Shown piece by piece: positions 1 through 13,582 of a DNA stretch of 64,000 nt. Within the stretch, counting starts at the first letter, position 1. Each line of letters starts with the position of its first letter. The notes under the pieces are model-generated. The model was not told the origin of the DNA. It saw only the letters and a program-made list of their open reading frames with translations, and searched no databases. A program made the position numbers and the translations under genes. Origin of the DNA: the human T2T-CHM13v2.0 reference genome, Homo sapiens; the NCBI RefSeq assembly GCF_009914755.1, contig NC_060932.1; one strand, 5' to 3'.

Positions 1-73
1 CTGACCTCAGGTGATCTGCCTGCCTCTGCCTCCCAAATTGCTGGGATTACAAACATGAGCAACTGTACTTGGC
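1..73 (-). mobile_element. Alu 5' end (continues beyond window start)
   Basis: ctgacctcaggtgatctgcctgcc...ctgggattaca is the reverse complement of an Alu left arm. Confidence 0.9.
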
Positions 74-664
74 TTGATTATTTAAAAAATTGTTATAACA
101 CTACAGTTTCTAACTAGATGCCAAAATTCTCATTTGAGCTTTATTTCATAACAAGCATAGTCTGTGGTCTTAGGTTTATAATAAGCACAGCCTTATGGTC
201 TGTGTCTTATAATTCAAAATTAGGGGTTACCATAGGTCTCTTTCTGTTGCTTATTTTTTCTGTTGATTCTTGCTGTCAGTGTTTGCTTTTTTTATGTGAC
301 AAGTTATCACTACATGCTGGATGTTATATTTGAATAATTATAAATGGAAGCACATTTGGACCAAGATGTTATCCTTCTCCAGAAGAAATTTTTATGTATT
401 CCTGTCAGGTATCTAGAGACATTTTCCATCTGGGATCACTGTAATCCAGTTTAAGAATTTAGGATTTTTTCATTTTTTGAAAACTGCCCATAGGCTCTCA
501 TAGAACTAGTTTATTTCTGACTCACCCTTATGCTAAAGATGTACCCTTTCAGCATTTCACTGTAAAATGAATGGTGGTTTATCAGGATTCCCACCCTTGG
601 TAGGTCCTGGATTTCAGCTACTTCCATGAGACTAACTAAACCTTAGCTTGGACTTTCAGATGAC

Positions 665-931
665 TTTTATTTTTAAAAAATAAACTGTATTGTGTATATT
701 TGAGGTTTATAGCATGATGGTATGGGACACACATAGATAGTAAAATGGTTACCTCAGTGGAGCAGATTAATATACCTATTATCTAATACAGTTACTTTTT
801 TGTGACAAGAGCAGTTAAAATCTACGTATTTAACAAAATCCCTAATACAATATAGTTTTATTAACTATAGCCCTCATGCTGTACATTAGATCTCTAGGCT
901 TGTTCATTCTGCATGTCTGCTACTTTGTCTT
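665..931 (-). mobile_element. L1MA-type 3' end
   Basis: Resembles an L1MA 3' UTR in reverse (...ctcatgctgtacattagatctctaggcttgttcat...). Confidence 0.75.
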
Positions 932-1177
932 TTCTTTTTGTCTTTTGAGATGAAGTCTCACTCTGTTGCCCAAGCTGGAGTGCAGTGAGGAGATCTTGGC
1001 TCACTGTAGCCTCAGTCTCCCAGGTTCAGATGATTCTCCTGTCTTAGCCTCCCTAGTAGCTAGAATTATAGGCACGTGTTAACATGCACTGCTAATTTTT
1101 GTATTTTTTGTAGAGATGGGGTTTCACCACGTTAGGCTGGTCTTGAACTCCTGACCTCAAGTGATCCACCCGCCTCG
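932..1177 (-). mobile_element. 5'-truncated Alu with TSD
   Basis: Alu body ends at ...gatccacccgcctcg; TSD tactttgtctt at 921-931 and 1178-1188. Confidence 0.9.
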
Positions 1178-2172
1178 TACTTTGTCTTCTCTTAATCAAT
1201 AAATCCCCATAGGGAAAAAAAAACAACCTCATAGGTTTACCTCTTTGGATTTTCATCTCTCCAAAATTTTAGTCTGACATTTCTTCGCTTTTTTGTGAAA
1301 GAATTGATATAATATTATTGATATAACTGATATTATTGATATAATAAGTGGCATGGCCTGGAATGAATGCAGCTCTACCTGACTCCAAACTATGCTGTTA
1401 ACTATATTTTCATGCTTTCTCCCAAAATTTGTTTCTCATGTAAATTTTTCTGTATATAATTCCAAAACCAATTTCAGGCACTTTTCGTCACCTATATCAT
1501 AATGTGGATTAAAATACAATGAAATGAAAACCACCATGTAAAGTTAATTTGCAATAAACAATATAAGCCAGAGGTAGAATGCTATAATGATATAGTAAGC
1601 TTTGGCATTAGAGAGACATGTGTTTGACCCTTAGCTTGATCTAACTGCTTTTGACCTTGAGCAAGTTGCTTTGTCCTGTCTGAACTGCAGTTTTATCTTT
1701 TATAAGGACAGATGAGACCTAACTTGCCAGACTCATACAATGTACCAATGTCGCCAAAGTGTACTTCACTTAAAGTCATAAAGGATGCCTTTTGCTTTTG
1801 TGCTCCATCATCTCAGAAAGTATTTCAGAGCAAGAGCTCACAATGTTTCTATCACTACGCAAATACTCTAAATTCAAGTTTTCAGGAAACATCAGATTAT
1901 CTTTCACAAGATTTATGGATCTAATTTATTGATCTTCTTTTGCAGTTTACACTAGCTTCAGTGGTTAAGAATGTAAGTGAATAAATTACTTAAAAAGAGG
2001 CAACAATGTGTTCTACAGAAATAGAAATATCTGTATTCAAAGGGAATTAAATGACTTTAAAAATTTAACTTTATATTTATTTTTCTATTTCTTTTTATTA
2101 TTTAATCTTTTTTAAAAAAATTATTTACTTCTGGCCTTACTGAATCATATATTTAATTATTTATTCGCTTAA

Positions 2173-2470
<298 letters not shown>

Positions 2471-2873
2471 CATATACTTATTTTTAAAACTAGTCTTTGA
2501 TTAGCCTCCTTGAGTGAATTTTACAGTAACTTCAAAATGCTCAAAACTAACAGAGAATCTGATTCATGTTATAAGATAGATCTTGTGATAAAAAAGAATA
2601 GAAGAACCACAGTTTCTTTCTGAAGTTTTCTGAAGCAAAAACAATGTGAGCATTTATTTTTGCAGAGAGGCTAACAATGTATGTAAGAGAGGAGTTCAGT
2701 TTTAGGAGGAAGAATCACTTTCTACTTTCTCATCTTTAGGAACAATTCTTCAACAACAAAATAACTGACAAAAATTTTGGGGAACATTGTTCCTGACTGA
2801 AGAACAAATAAGAACTGGAGCTCAGTTTGAGGGAAATAGCATCATAGATCACTGAATGAAAACCATTCTTAGA

Positions 2874-3248
2874 GGCTGGGTGCGGTGGCTCACGCTTATA
2901 ATCCCGGCACCTTGGGAGGCTGAGGTGGGAGAATCACTTGAGCCCTGGAGTTCAAGAACAACCTGGACAACTTAGTGAGACCCTGTTTCTAAAAAAAAAA
3001 AAAATTTTACGAGGTGTGGTGGTATACGCGCCTGTAGTCCCAGCTTCTCAAGAGGCTGAGGTGGGAGGATAGCTTGAGCCCGGGACGTCAAGGCTATAGG
3101 GAGCTGTGATTATTTCACCATTGCTCTCCCAGCCTGGGTGACAGAGCGACACCTTCTCTCAAAAAGAAAAGAAGAGAAAAGAAAAGAAAAGGGAAGGGAA
3201 GGGAAAAAAGGGAAGAGAAGAGAAAAAGAGAAGAGAAGAGAAGAGAAA
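2874..3248 (+). mobile_element. AluJ with expanded GA-rich tail
   Basis: Diverged Alu dimer; tail 3161-3248 is made of gaaaa/gggaa/gaaga units; ccattcttag flanks both sides. Confidence 0.88.
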
Positions 3249-3501
3249 GCCATTCTTAGTAATTTTGTACCTGTGGTCTTTTTGCTGGTGCACCCTTATT
3301 TACTTCCTAACTGTCTCTGACTTTAAGAGATCTGAAGAAGACATGAGTTTTACAGTCACTTATCTCCTTTCCACTCTTGCAGATTTAGGAAACCCTGGAG
3401 ACCTGAATCTAATCTACAAATTCTACAAAATTTCCTAAAACACTTAACTCACACTTATCTACTTGTCATGTCATACTCCATCTCTCTCTTTGTCTCTATG
3501 A

Positions 3502-3542
<41 letters not shown>
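3502..3542. repeat. (CT)n(CA)n compound microsatellite
   Basis: ctctctctctct followed by about 14 CA units. Confidence 0.95.
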
Positions 3543-3546
<4 letters not shown>

Positions 3547-3985
3547 CCTTCTCCTTTCCCATTTGTCTCAGAAATTCAGGAAGGAAGAATGGTGACAGTG
3601 TTAGGTTACTATTTCAGAGCAACTGTAATGGTGAAATTTGGTACTGTTATCTTGGGTGGGAAGAGGCTATGGTTACAGCCATGATTATGGCTATGGTGTG
3701 ACTTGGGAAGTTGTTTTCTCCTCCTGATTATCCGCCCCCGCCCCCCACCCCCCCACCAAAAAAAAAGCTTCCAGGTCCTCTTGTCCTGCTGGGAATTGAA
3801 CAACAATTCTAAGGATCTGATTCTTTTAGAGGATCCTCAAACTTAATTTTGATTACAGCCCAAAACAGGAATCAATGCTATTTATTTCTTTTGTCACGAC
3901 TCCCTCATTTAACAAATTTATTGAGCAACTTCTTTGTTGTAGGCATTGTGCTAGGAGCTTGGAGTATATGAATATGTAGTGTTAA

Positions 3986-4689
<704 letters not shown>

Positions 4690-5964
4690 ATTTAGAAGGA
4701 AAGACAGATATTAACAAACAATCCTTTTGACAAATGCATGGTTGCAAACTGTGATAAATGCCATGAATAACAAGTACAGAATGGGAAAGTAGACCAAGGG
4801 GCCCAGACTAGATGGGGGGTGATGAACTGATGTTTAGCCTGAGGTCTGAGGCACGAATGGGAATTATTTCACTCATCCAGCCATGCATGGCTTGGAAGCA
4901 TTTGCCAAGAAATTTTTTGGCAATCTATGATTATCTTAGTGTTTTGATCCACTCTACAATTCATCCAAACTTTTGGCCTTTTGTCTGTGCCTTCCGGAAT
5001 TTGACTCTCTTTTCTTTGCCAGAAGGCAGCATCAATATGTGAGTGGTTGAGTCACAGTTAGAACTTCAGTACAGCCAGTAATAAATTTACAATATGTTTT
5101 GATCAACCACGAGATTATGAGGGTGGTTTGGAAATAGCACCCTTGTAGAATATTGAAGATACTAAATCTGATAATTTTGCTTTGCACTTAGAACACTGGC
5201 CTCAGTTGTTTGTTGTTGATTTTGGATTACTTTTGTTTTGTTTTGTCAGTTACTAGACATTAACAAAAGCTAATATTTGAAATAGAGGATTACTCTAAAA
5301 GAGATCAAAGAAACAAAACCTACAATAGACCACCTTTAAACCAATAACCAGGGAGAAACATGCTCATCTGTTTTAATTACCACAGTGCCATTGCTATTCC
5401 ATAGGATTTCCTCCCACCTCAAATGCTGAGCATAATGACTCACTGGGCAGGGAATCAATAGGCTCCATAGTTAACGTGGGTCTGCTGAAATGCCTCTTGT
5501 GCCCACCTTTCATAATGGGCTGGCTGCTGTTTGGCAATCAGCAAACTGCAGAAACAATCCTATCCAATATGAGTCACTGCTTCAGTGACCAGAACTGAGA
5601 CTCTCCCTTGGGAGTCTCCTTTATTTGTTATGCATGTTTCTTGTGGTGGTTGTTCTGAATCCTTTGAAATTATGCTTTTATGCAAAAAAAATGCCACTGA
5701 TTATTTTAGTCTTCAAATGATGCGAACTAGGCCTGTGTCCTGGAAAACTTAGACAGCTGCCAGGTTAATCTGAAACTTAGCAACGTGAAATAGGTTATTC
5801 TGCCAAACAGAACTCCTGGAAAGACCAAGTCAGTAGATACAAACTGCAAATATCTATGTGGAAACAGTATGTCTTAGTTTGTATCAGGTACTATGATTCA
5901 TATTTACATGTATTATTTAATAAATCTTCAGGACAAAAAATAGTGAGTTATTGAAGTATGATCA

Positions 5965-6320
5965 TGAAGAGCAGAGACTTTGTTCTAAACTACATGGGTT
6001 CAAGGACTAACTCTACCTGTTGGTAGTTATGTGACCTTGGACAGTAATGTAATACTCTGTGCCTTAGTTTCTTCATTTATGTAATCAGGATAACCCCTCA
6101 GTGGTAGTTGTGATGATTATAGGAGATAATTTTAAAAGTGCTCGGTGCAGAATCTGTTAAATGGTAAGCACTAATTATAAGATATCAGCTATTATCCTCA
6201 CTTAACAGATGAAGAAACTAAGGTTCAAAGTGTTTATCTGATTTGCCCAAATTCACGTAGCCAGTACGTGGGAGCGCTAAGATTTGAACTCAGTTTGACT
6301 CTAGAGTCCTTCAACATAAC
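5965..6320. mobile_element. MIR fragments (both orientations)
   Basis: gtgaccttgg...gccttagtttcttcat, then acagatgaagaaactaagg MIR cores. Confidence 0.7.
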
Positions 6321-6711
6321 AACCACGTTATTATCTTCATCACTATTGCCCTCATTATTATTAGCTATAATTAATGGTCTTAGCAACAAGCCAAAGGAAA
6401 TCCTTGCCAGGCATACAATGCGGGGTGTGTGCACAAGGCTGCAGAGAATTATTTTTAGTCACAATAACAGACAGGAAGAAAAATCACTACAAGTATGAGG
6501 AACTTTGAATACAAAGTTATCAAGATCTATAGTCTACACATTTGTTAAGAAAGATTAACCACCATCACCAACCTCTCCTTGTACTATAGGAATAGATAAT
6601 TAAAATAGATTCATATAAAAGAATTTATTTGTTCACAAAAACTATTCACTGGAGTACAACCACAATTCAGCAACTACAATAACACAACAAAAAACTGCAA
6701 TTTTTAACGTG

Positions 6712-6899
6712 AAACTCTTAAACCAGGGCTCTTTGACAACTAGTATACTTTTGAATAGGCTGAAAGGCCATGAACTCCTAGAATTTGTGTACAATATTTA
6801 GGAAGTGTAAGTTTAAGTGTGTTTTTCTGGTGAGAGAGGCTATGATCATCATTAGATTCTCGTAGGGGTCTGTGACTCCAAAAATTTTAAGAACCACTG
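6712..6899 (+). mobile_element. MER103-like hAT element
   Basis: tttttctggtgagag...attagattctcgtaggggtctgtgactccaaaaattttaagaaccactg terminus. Confidence 0.6.
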
Positions 6900-6904
6900 G
6901 TTTC

Positions 6905-7074
6905 TTTTCTTTTCTTTTTTTTTTAAATTATACTTTAAGTTCTAGGGTACATGTGCGCAAAGTGCAGGTTTGTTACATATGTATACATGTGCCATGTTGG
7001 TGTGCTGCACCCATTAACTCGTCATTTACTTTAGGTTTATCTCCTAATGCTATCCCTCCCCCCTCTCCCCACCC
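6905..7074 (-). mobile_element. Young L1PA 3' stub (~170 bp)
   Basis: ttatactttaagttctagggtacatgtg...; perfect 16-bp TSD aagaaccactggtttc at 6889-6904 and 7075-7090. Confidence 0.95.
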
Positions 7075-7338
7075 AAGAACCACTGGTTTCAACTGAAGGC
7101 TCTTCTTATAGTCCAGTTACAATGGTGGTTCCTGAAAGCCTGGTCAGCCACTGGTCCAAGAGAGGTTCCACATTCCTTTCTCTGCTACTAGTGACAATTC
7201 TCCTGTGCTTTGTCATTCAAGAGAGTACAGGAATTTAACTTACAACAAAAGTATTCAACACAATACTTCATATGTGATAAGCAATTCGTGTTAGTTAAAT
7301 CTAGACTAACGCAGTTAGGATGCAGTTAGGATGCAGTT

Positions 7339-7541
7339 CAGGAGTCAGTCAACTGCAGCTTGTGCCTATTTTTGTAAATAAAGTGTTATTGGAACATAGC
7401 CATTCTCATTAATTTACATATTGCCTATGCCCAATTTTGAGGTGCAAGGGCAGATTTAAGTGGTTGTGACAGAACATACGAATCTCAAAGTTTAAAATAT
7501 TTACTCTCTGGCCCTTGACAGAAAACATTTGCTGACCCCTG
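7339..7541 (-). mobile_element. MER58A-like
   Basis: tttttgtaaataaagtgttattggaacatagcca...aaaatatttactctctggccc...tttgctgacccctg. Confidence 0.75.
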
Positions 7542-8759
7542 ATGCTGTTGAAAGAATCTTGGGGTTATAGTCAGGGTGAGCTTGAGATCTGTCTCTATTA
7601 CTACATGTGTGCCATTGCACAAGATGCTTTATTTTGAACTTCAGTTTTTCATGTAAAAAATGGAGATAACTTCCATCTACTTTGCAGACCCTTCATAGTT
7701 ACTATCAAGATCAAATGTAATAATGTATGCGAAAGTAAAATACACATTATTAGTACTAAGATCATCATCCCTAAATTACCTACATATGGTGACACAGATT
7801 GTTTCTCAGAAAAGGATAGAGAAAAATCATTGCAAAGCATTAAACACAATAGCAATTACCTATTATGCCACAAAATTGTTACTCTTTGTGAGATTTGCCT
7901 CCCAAGGCAACTAATATTAGGTGTTGCTTTTTAGGGAAGAAAAACAAATATTTCCTGAATAAATTGCCAAATGAAATACTGAATAGAAATAATAAGCCCA
8001 AAATACATTTTCTCATTCAAATATGTGTTTAGTTGAGATGTTGCCCTTGATTTTAGGCATTGCTGTTCATCACCAGAGACAGAAAAATGCTGCAATAGTG
8101 TAAATTATGAAATATGAGCTCTCCGTACTTTAGGTAGCCTTTGAAGACTTCGCAGCTTCTGCATTTTTAAAAGTCATATATTTTTCAATAACTTTGATAA
8201 ATCCTTGAAGTTTTAAAAGGAAATGGAATTGCTTATGCACCAATTTTTGTGAAGGAAGTGAATGATTTATCCATAATCTCACATATCCAGTTAAAGTTAA
8301 TGGGAAGACTCAAAGTCTCCTGAAAAAAAATAGATAATATTTATCCCACCATTTCCCACAATTCAAGCAATACCATAGAAATTGAAAACACATGTTTTTT
8401 CTTTCTATTAAATTAATGAATGATATATTCTCTTTCCCCTTTACTGAAATGGGTGGTTGCTATTTCTAAATTATTTAATTGTATCAATGATATTATTTGG
8501 TTTGAGACCAAATAATTCTTTGAGTTAACTTCTCCTTCATCTATAGGATGTGGTACAATAAGACAAAATCAGAAAGAAAGAACCAACCTCTGGGCATTAA
8601 GGTAGTAATCTGGGAGTTGAAAGGATATATGCAAATTCGAGTGTTTTGAAACATATTCTACTAATACTAGTCAGATTGTAACCCAATTTTCTAAGCAATG
8701 AAGCTACAATTTTGGCCACCAGTTTCTACCTTACTATAGAAGGAGTGCCAATAAAGTAT

Positions 8760-9537
8760 TGTATTAGTCCGTTCCTACATTACTATAAACAACTACTTGA
8801 GACTGGGTAATTTATAAAGAAAAGAGATTTAATTGGCTCACGATTCCACAGGCTGTACAGGAAGCATGGCTGGGGAGGCCTCAGGAAACTTACAATCATG
8901 GCAGAAGATGAAAGGAAAGCAGGCACATTTTTACATGTCTAGAGCAGGAGGAAGAGAGTTAAGGGGGAGGTGCTACACTTTTAAACAACCAGATCTCACT
9001 CATTATCACAAGAATAGGAAGGGGAAAATCCACCCCCATGATCCCATCACCTCCCAGCAGGCCCCTCCACCAACATTGGGAATTACAATTCAACCTGAGA
9101 TTTGGGCCTTGGGCCGGGACCCATATCCAAACTATATCGTTCGGTCTCTGGCCCCTCCCAAATCTCATGTTGTTCTCACATTGCAAAACACAATCATCCC
9201 GTCTCAACAGTCCCCCAACTCTTAACTCATTTTAGCATTAACTCAAAAGTCCATAGTCCAAAGTCTTATCTGAGAAAAGTCCCTTCTGTCTATATGCCTG
9301 CACAATTAAAAACAAGTTAGTTACTTCCAAGATACAATGGGAGTACAAGCACTGGGTAAATACACCCATTCTAAAAGGGAGAAATAGTGAAAACAAAGGG
9401 GCTACAGCCCACATGCAAGTCCAAAACGCAGCAGGGTAGTCATTAAATCTTAAAGCTCCAAAATAATCTCCTTGACTCCATGTCTCACATCCACACCACA
9501 CTGATGCAAAGGGTGGGCTCCCAAGGCTGTGAGCAAC
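8760..9537 (-). mobile_element. MSTA MaLR LTR (8760-9139) plus adjacent MaLR internal fragment
   Basis: tgtattagtccgtt...gagactgggtaatttataaagaaaagag...ccaaactatatc, followed by ggcccctcccaaatctcatgt... internal sequence. Confidence 0.85.
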
Positions 9538-11961
9538 TATATTACAAGGCAACCAGGTCTGGGTCCTGGTTTCATCTTGAGAAATTTACTTATATGAAAA
9601 TAATCCTATGTGTTAAAGAATTGAAGAGAGAGCTGGGGAACTACTCTCAAACAATGACAGGTGTTAGGTCAGCATTGGAGGTACAGATCATAGTAAACAA
9701 TTGAGTGTCAGCAGGTCATTGCTGCAGTAATGGACCAGCTTCAGTGGCGTTTTCTAGCGTCATATTACCCCATTTAAGATGCAGGTTCTGGAGAATGCAT
9801 AGATCTAGCTTAAGTTTCATGTCTATCTGTTGACTAGAGATAAGGTAGAACCCTTTTATTAGGGCTTATGCCCAATCTGAGGCTACATCCAAAGGGAGAA
9901 AGCTAGTCACCAAAGAAAATCAGAATTCTGTTAACAAAAGAAGGAGATATATGGACCTTGGGATGCCTGAAACAGTTACAAAGATAATCATGCCTGCCTC
10001 TTCAGGTTTTTAAACATATTAAAAGAGGCAACATATTTAAAATATATATCACAGAGATATCCACTTTAGAAAAGTAGCTGAATAGCAACTTCAATCAAGT
10101 CTCCTCTAACTTATAGAAAGCAATAAAAACACACATTATCATGGAGAAAAAAGACTTCCTTCAACTCAAAGCATAGCTATATTTTGTTTCACGAAACAGA
10201 AATTACCTTAACACAGCTAGAAAGACATTATTTGTCATACTCTATATTTGCCCCATTTCCAATGGTATATACAGCTAGAACACAAGGTAGCCATTCCTCC
10301 TCTGCATGAATACTGCTTTTCAGAAGACCACAGTGCTGCTTTCCACTACTACTGCTATCTTTCTGCATTCTTGTGGAAAGAGTCACCTAAAACAACTGGA
10401 CAGAACAGAGGGGTCATGCAAATCTGGACACAATTCTGAGACAAAAACTGTTTGTTACATTTTGTTGAATTGGGAAGTTGAGATCACATAAATGAGGCAT
10501 TGCAAGTGTGGGTGTGGAGACAGAAAAAATACTTGTAATCCTACAAATTAGGAACTGTAGAATTTCCTCTCCTCCATCAGTTTGCAACATTAGAGAATCA
10601 GCCACTGAAGTTAGAAGAAGAAGTAAGAGTTATCAGAAACCAGGATTTAGAGAACATTAGCCAGTCTATATATACTCCAGCGATAGGCCAATAAAGGTGA
10701 TTTAACCAACACCAAGCAGAAAGCGCACACCACCAATAATGACTCCATTTCACTTGCATTTACTGAGTCTTGGAAGCTCTCTTTTCACTAACACATATGG
10801 ATTGAGAAATCTGAGTGGGGCCTGTGAAAAATATTATAGGACAAGGCAAAGTTGCTTTTAGGATTAGTGAGTTGTATTAAAAGTACTTTATGACGGGGGT
10901 GAGGGGTGGGGAGGATGTTGAGTACAAACAGGAAAAGAGGCAGAGCACACCTCTGAAAATGACCTATTGAAAGGATCAGAGGACATTTCAGAAAATGGCT
11001 TGGCATGAAGAGGAAGCTCTATATCTTATATAAATTGGCATCCAAGGCAATTTATGCTGTTTGCTCTGCGGACTCTGGGCCCTCTGTTGGTTCTTGCCAT
11101 AGTTCCCAGGCAGGTGCTTTGAGGCCCCTGCTTTACTCATTCTAGCCATGCTTACAGCAGGCTCTGTGTAGGATTTTATTGGGTTGACTATCAGCACCCC
11201 TCAAGTGGTTCCATATGCCAACCCTGGCTTTACTACCACTTTCCACTGATCCTTTACTCAGAGTTCCAAGTCTTTTCAGACTTTTAATCTGGGTTCCTGT
11301 GGCTTTTCCCCCTTGGCTGCTGGTGGCCTAATAGCCTTTCTTCCTCCTGTGGCTCTGCTTCATAGCCCTGCTCGAAAGCAGATGCTCTGGCTCCTTCCAC
11401 AACGCATACTGCCAGTTTCATGGCATTTTCTTGCTGCTTTTGGCTGTAACTCTCAACTTCCCAAGGCCCAATTGTAAGACACCATGTGGGACAGACCCAA
11501 GAGGAGGGATATGGTGGGTGGGGGAAGGGGATATTGTGTAGAAGATGTGAAATGAGACTGAATTTATTGTCAAGGCATAAGGAACATTTTTCTATCAACT
11601 TGGTTTTCACACGATTCAGATGCAAATTGGTTAAAATGAACACTTTTCTTGTGGGATGGGAAAGATATGTTTCAGTGGAGACTGTCCTTTTAAGGAATGA
11701 AATTTAGGGGCCTGCTTTTGGCAAATGTCCTGTCTTTAATCTTGGCTTCCGCATGTCCTCTGTTTACCTTCCAGTTGAGAGGCAGTCTGCCATCTCCCTA
11801 TCTCCCTGTATTATCACCTTTCAGTTGTTTCCAGCTGCCTCCGCAGTGCCCATATTTTGTCCTTGATTTTCCGTTTCGAATATGGATCATTTTACTATTG
11901 ACACAGGATAAGCTTTTAATCCACTTTTTGCCTTTTCTTTTTGTCTTTCTCTCTTTTATTT

Positions 11962-12171
<210 letters not shown>

Positions 12172-12406
12172 TAAAAGGCAATATGGTCCAGCGAGGAGGT
12201 CAGCAATTAAAAGAAAATGAACTTCAATTGCCAGCAACAACTCTGAGAAATGATGGTGACTAACCATGGACCCTTTATTATGGAGCAAAATGGAATGAGG
12301 GAACAGGAGGTCATCACTGAAAACAATGGGGAGGGCCAAGACAGAGAATGATGATCAGACTTATTGCTGTTAGGCGTACCACTTTCCTGGGCTATATCTT
12401 TATATC

Positions 12407-12617
12407 TGTGGTTCTTGATTTTGCCTCTCAAGGATCATTTGGCAATGTCTGGAGACATCTTCATTTGTTACAGCTGGGGAGGGATATGTTATTGACTATC
12501 TGGTAGGTAGAGGCCAGGGATGCTGCCATGCATCCTACGATATACAGGAGAGCCCCTGACTTTAAAAAAGCTATCCAACCCCAAATATCAATAGTGGCAA
12601 AGTTGATATACCCCCTG
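12407..12617 (+). mobile_element. MER20
   Basis: catttggcaatgtctggagacat...gtagaggccagggatgctg...aaatatcaatagtg. Confidence 0.8.
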
Positions 12618-12785
12618 TGCATACAGCTTCTTACAGCCATGGTTAGGTCTTGAGAGATTTTAGCCAGGAGATATGAATGCTAGTCCCTTGGGGGACTTCA
12701 TCCCTATGCATTAGGTCATTTGTCACTAACCCTGTAAGCATAAAACCAAAACCAAAGTCAATTCCAAAGGGCAAAAAGTAAGTGA

Positions 12786-13104
12786 TTTTTTTTTATTTAT
12801 TTCTTTTTGGTGGGGGTGGGTGCATAGTCTCTCTCTGTCACCCAGGCTGGAATGCAGTGGCGTCATCTTGGCTTGCTGCAACCTCTGCCTCCCCAGTTCA
12901 GCAATTCTCCCACCTCAGCTTCCCGAGTAGCTGGGATTACAGGCATGTGCCACCACACCCAGCTAATTTTTTTTTTTGCATTTTTAGTAGAGATGGGGTT
13001 TCACCATGTTGGCTGGGCTGGTCTCTAACTCCTGACCCAGGTGATCTGCCTGCCTCCACCTCCCAAAGTGCTGAGATTACAGGCATGAGCCACTGAGCCT
13101 GGCC
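12786..13104 (-). mobile_element. AluS
   Basis: Dimer; TSD aaaaagtaagt(g/c)attt on both sides. Confidence 0.9.
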
Positions 13105-13138
13105 AAAAAGTAAGTCATTTAACTCCTTGGTGCCATGA

Positions 13139-13582
13139 TGTCTGAGTCTATTTAGTGTTGCTGTAACAAAATATCTGAGGTTGGGCCCCTTATGAAGAAA
13201 AGAGATTTATTTGGCTCATGATTCTGGTGGCTGGAATGTTCAAGATTGGGCATCTGGTGAGGACCTCACACTGCTTCAACTCATGGTGGAAAGTGGAAGG
13301 GGAGCTGGGGTGTATGAAGAGATCACATAGTGAGAGAGGAAGCAAGAGAGAGAGAAACTGAGGAAGCCACACAGACAGAGAATCTGTGCTAAAGGGAACT
13401 AATCCATTCCCAGTAGAGGGAGCCCTCACTCGCCCCAGTGGGAGGGCATTAATCTACTCATGAGGAAGCTGCCCCCATGACCCTAGCACCTCACACTAGA
13501 CCCCACCTCCTGACACTGCCACACTGGGGATCAAATTTCAACATGAGTTTTTTCATGAACAAATCACATCCAAATCATAGCA
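13139..13582 (-). mobile_element. MSTC/MSTD-type MaLR solo LTR
   Basis: tttatttggctcatgattctgg...ggggatcaaatttcaacatgag...catccaaatcatagca. Confidence 0.8.

Noticed and set aside
8833-9704. Cluster of overlapping ORFs
   Set aside because: They lie within the MSTA LTR and MaLR internal sequence, with no coherent protein
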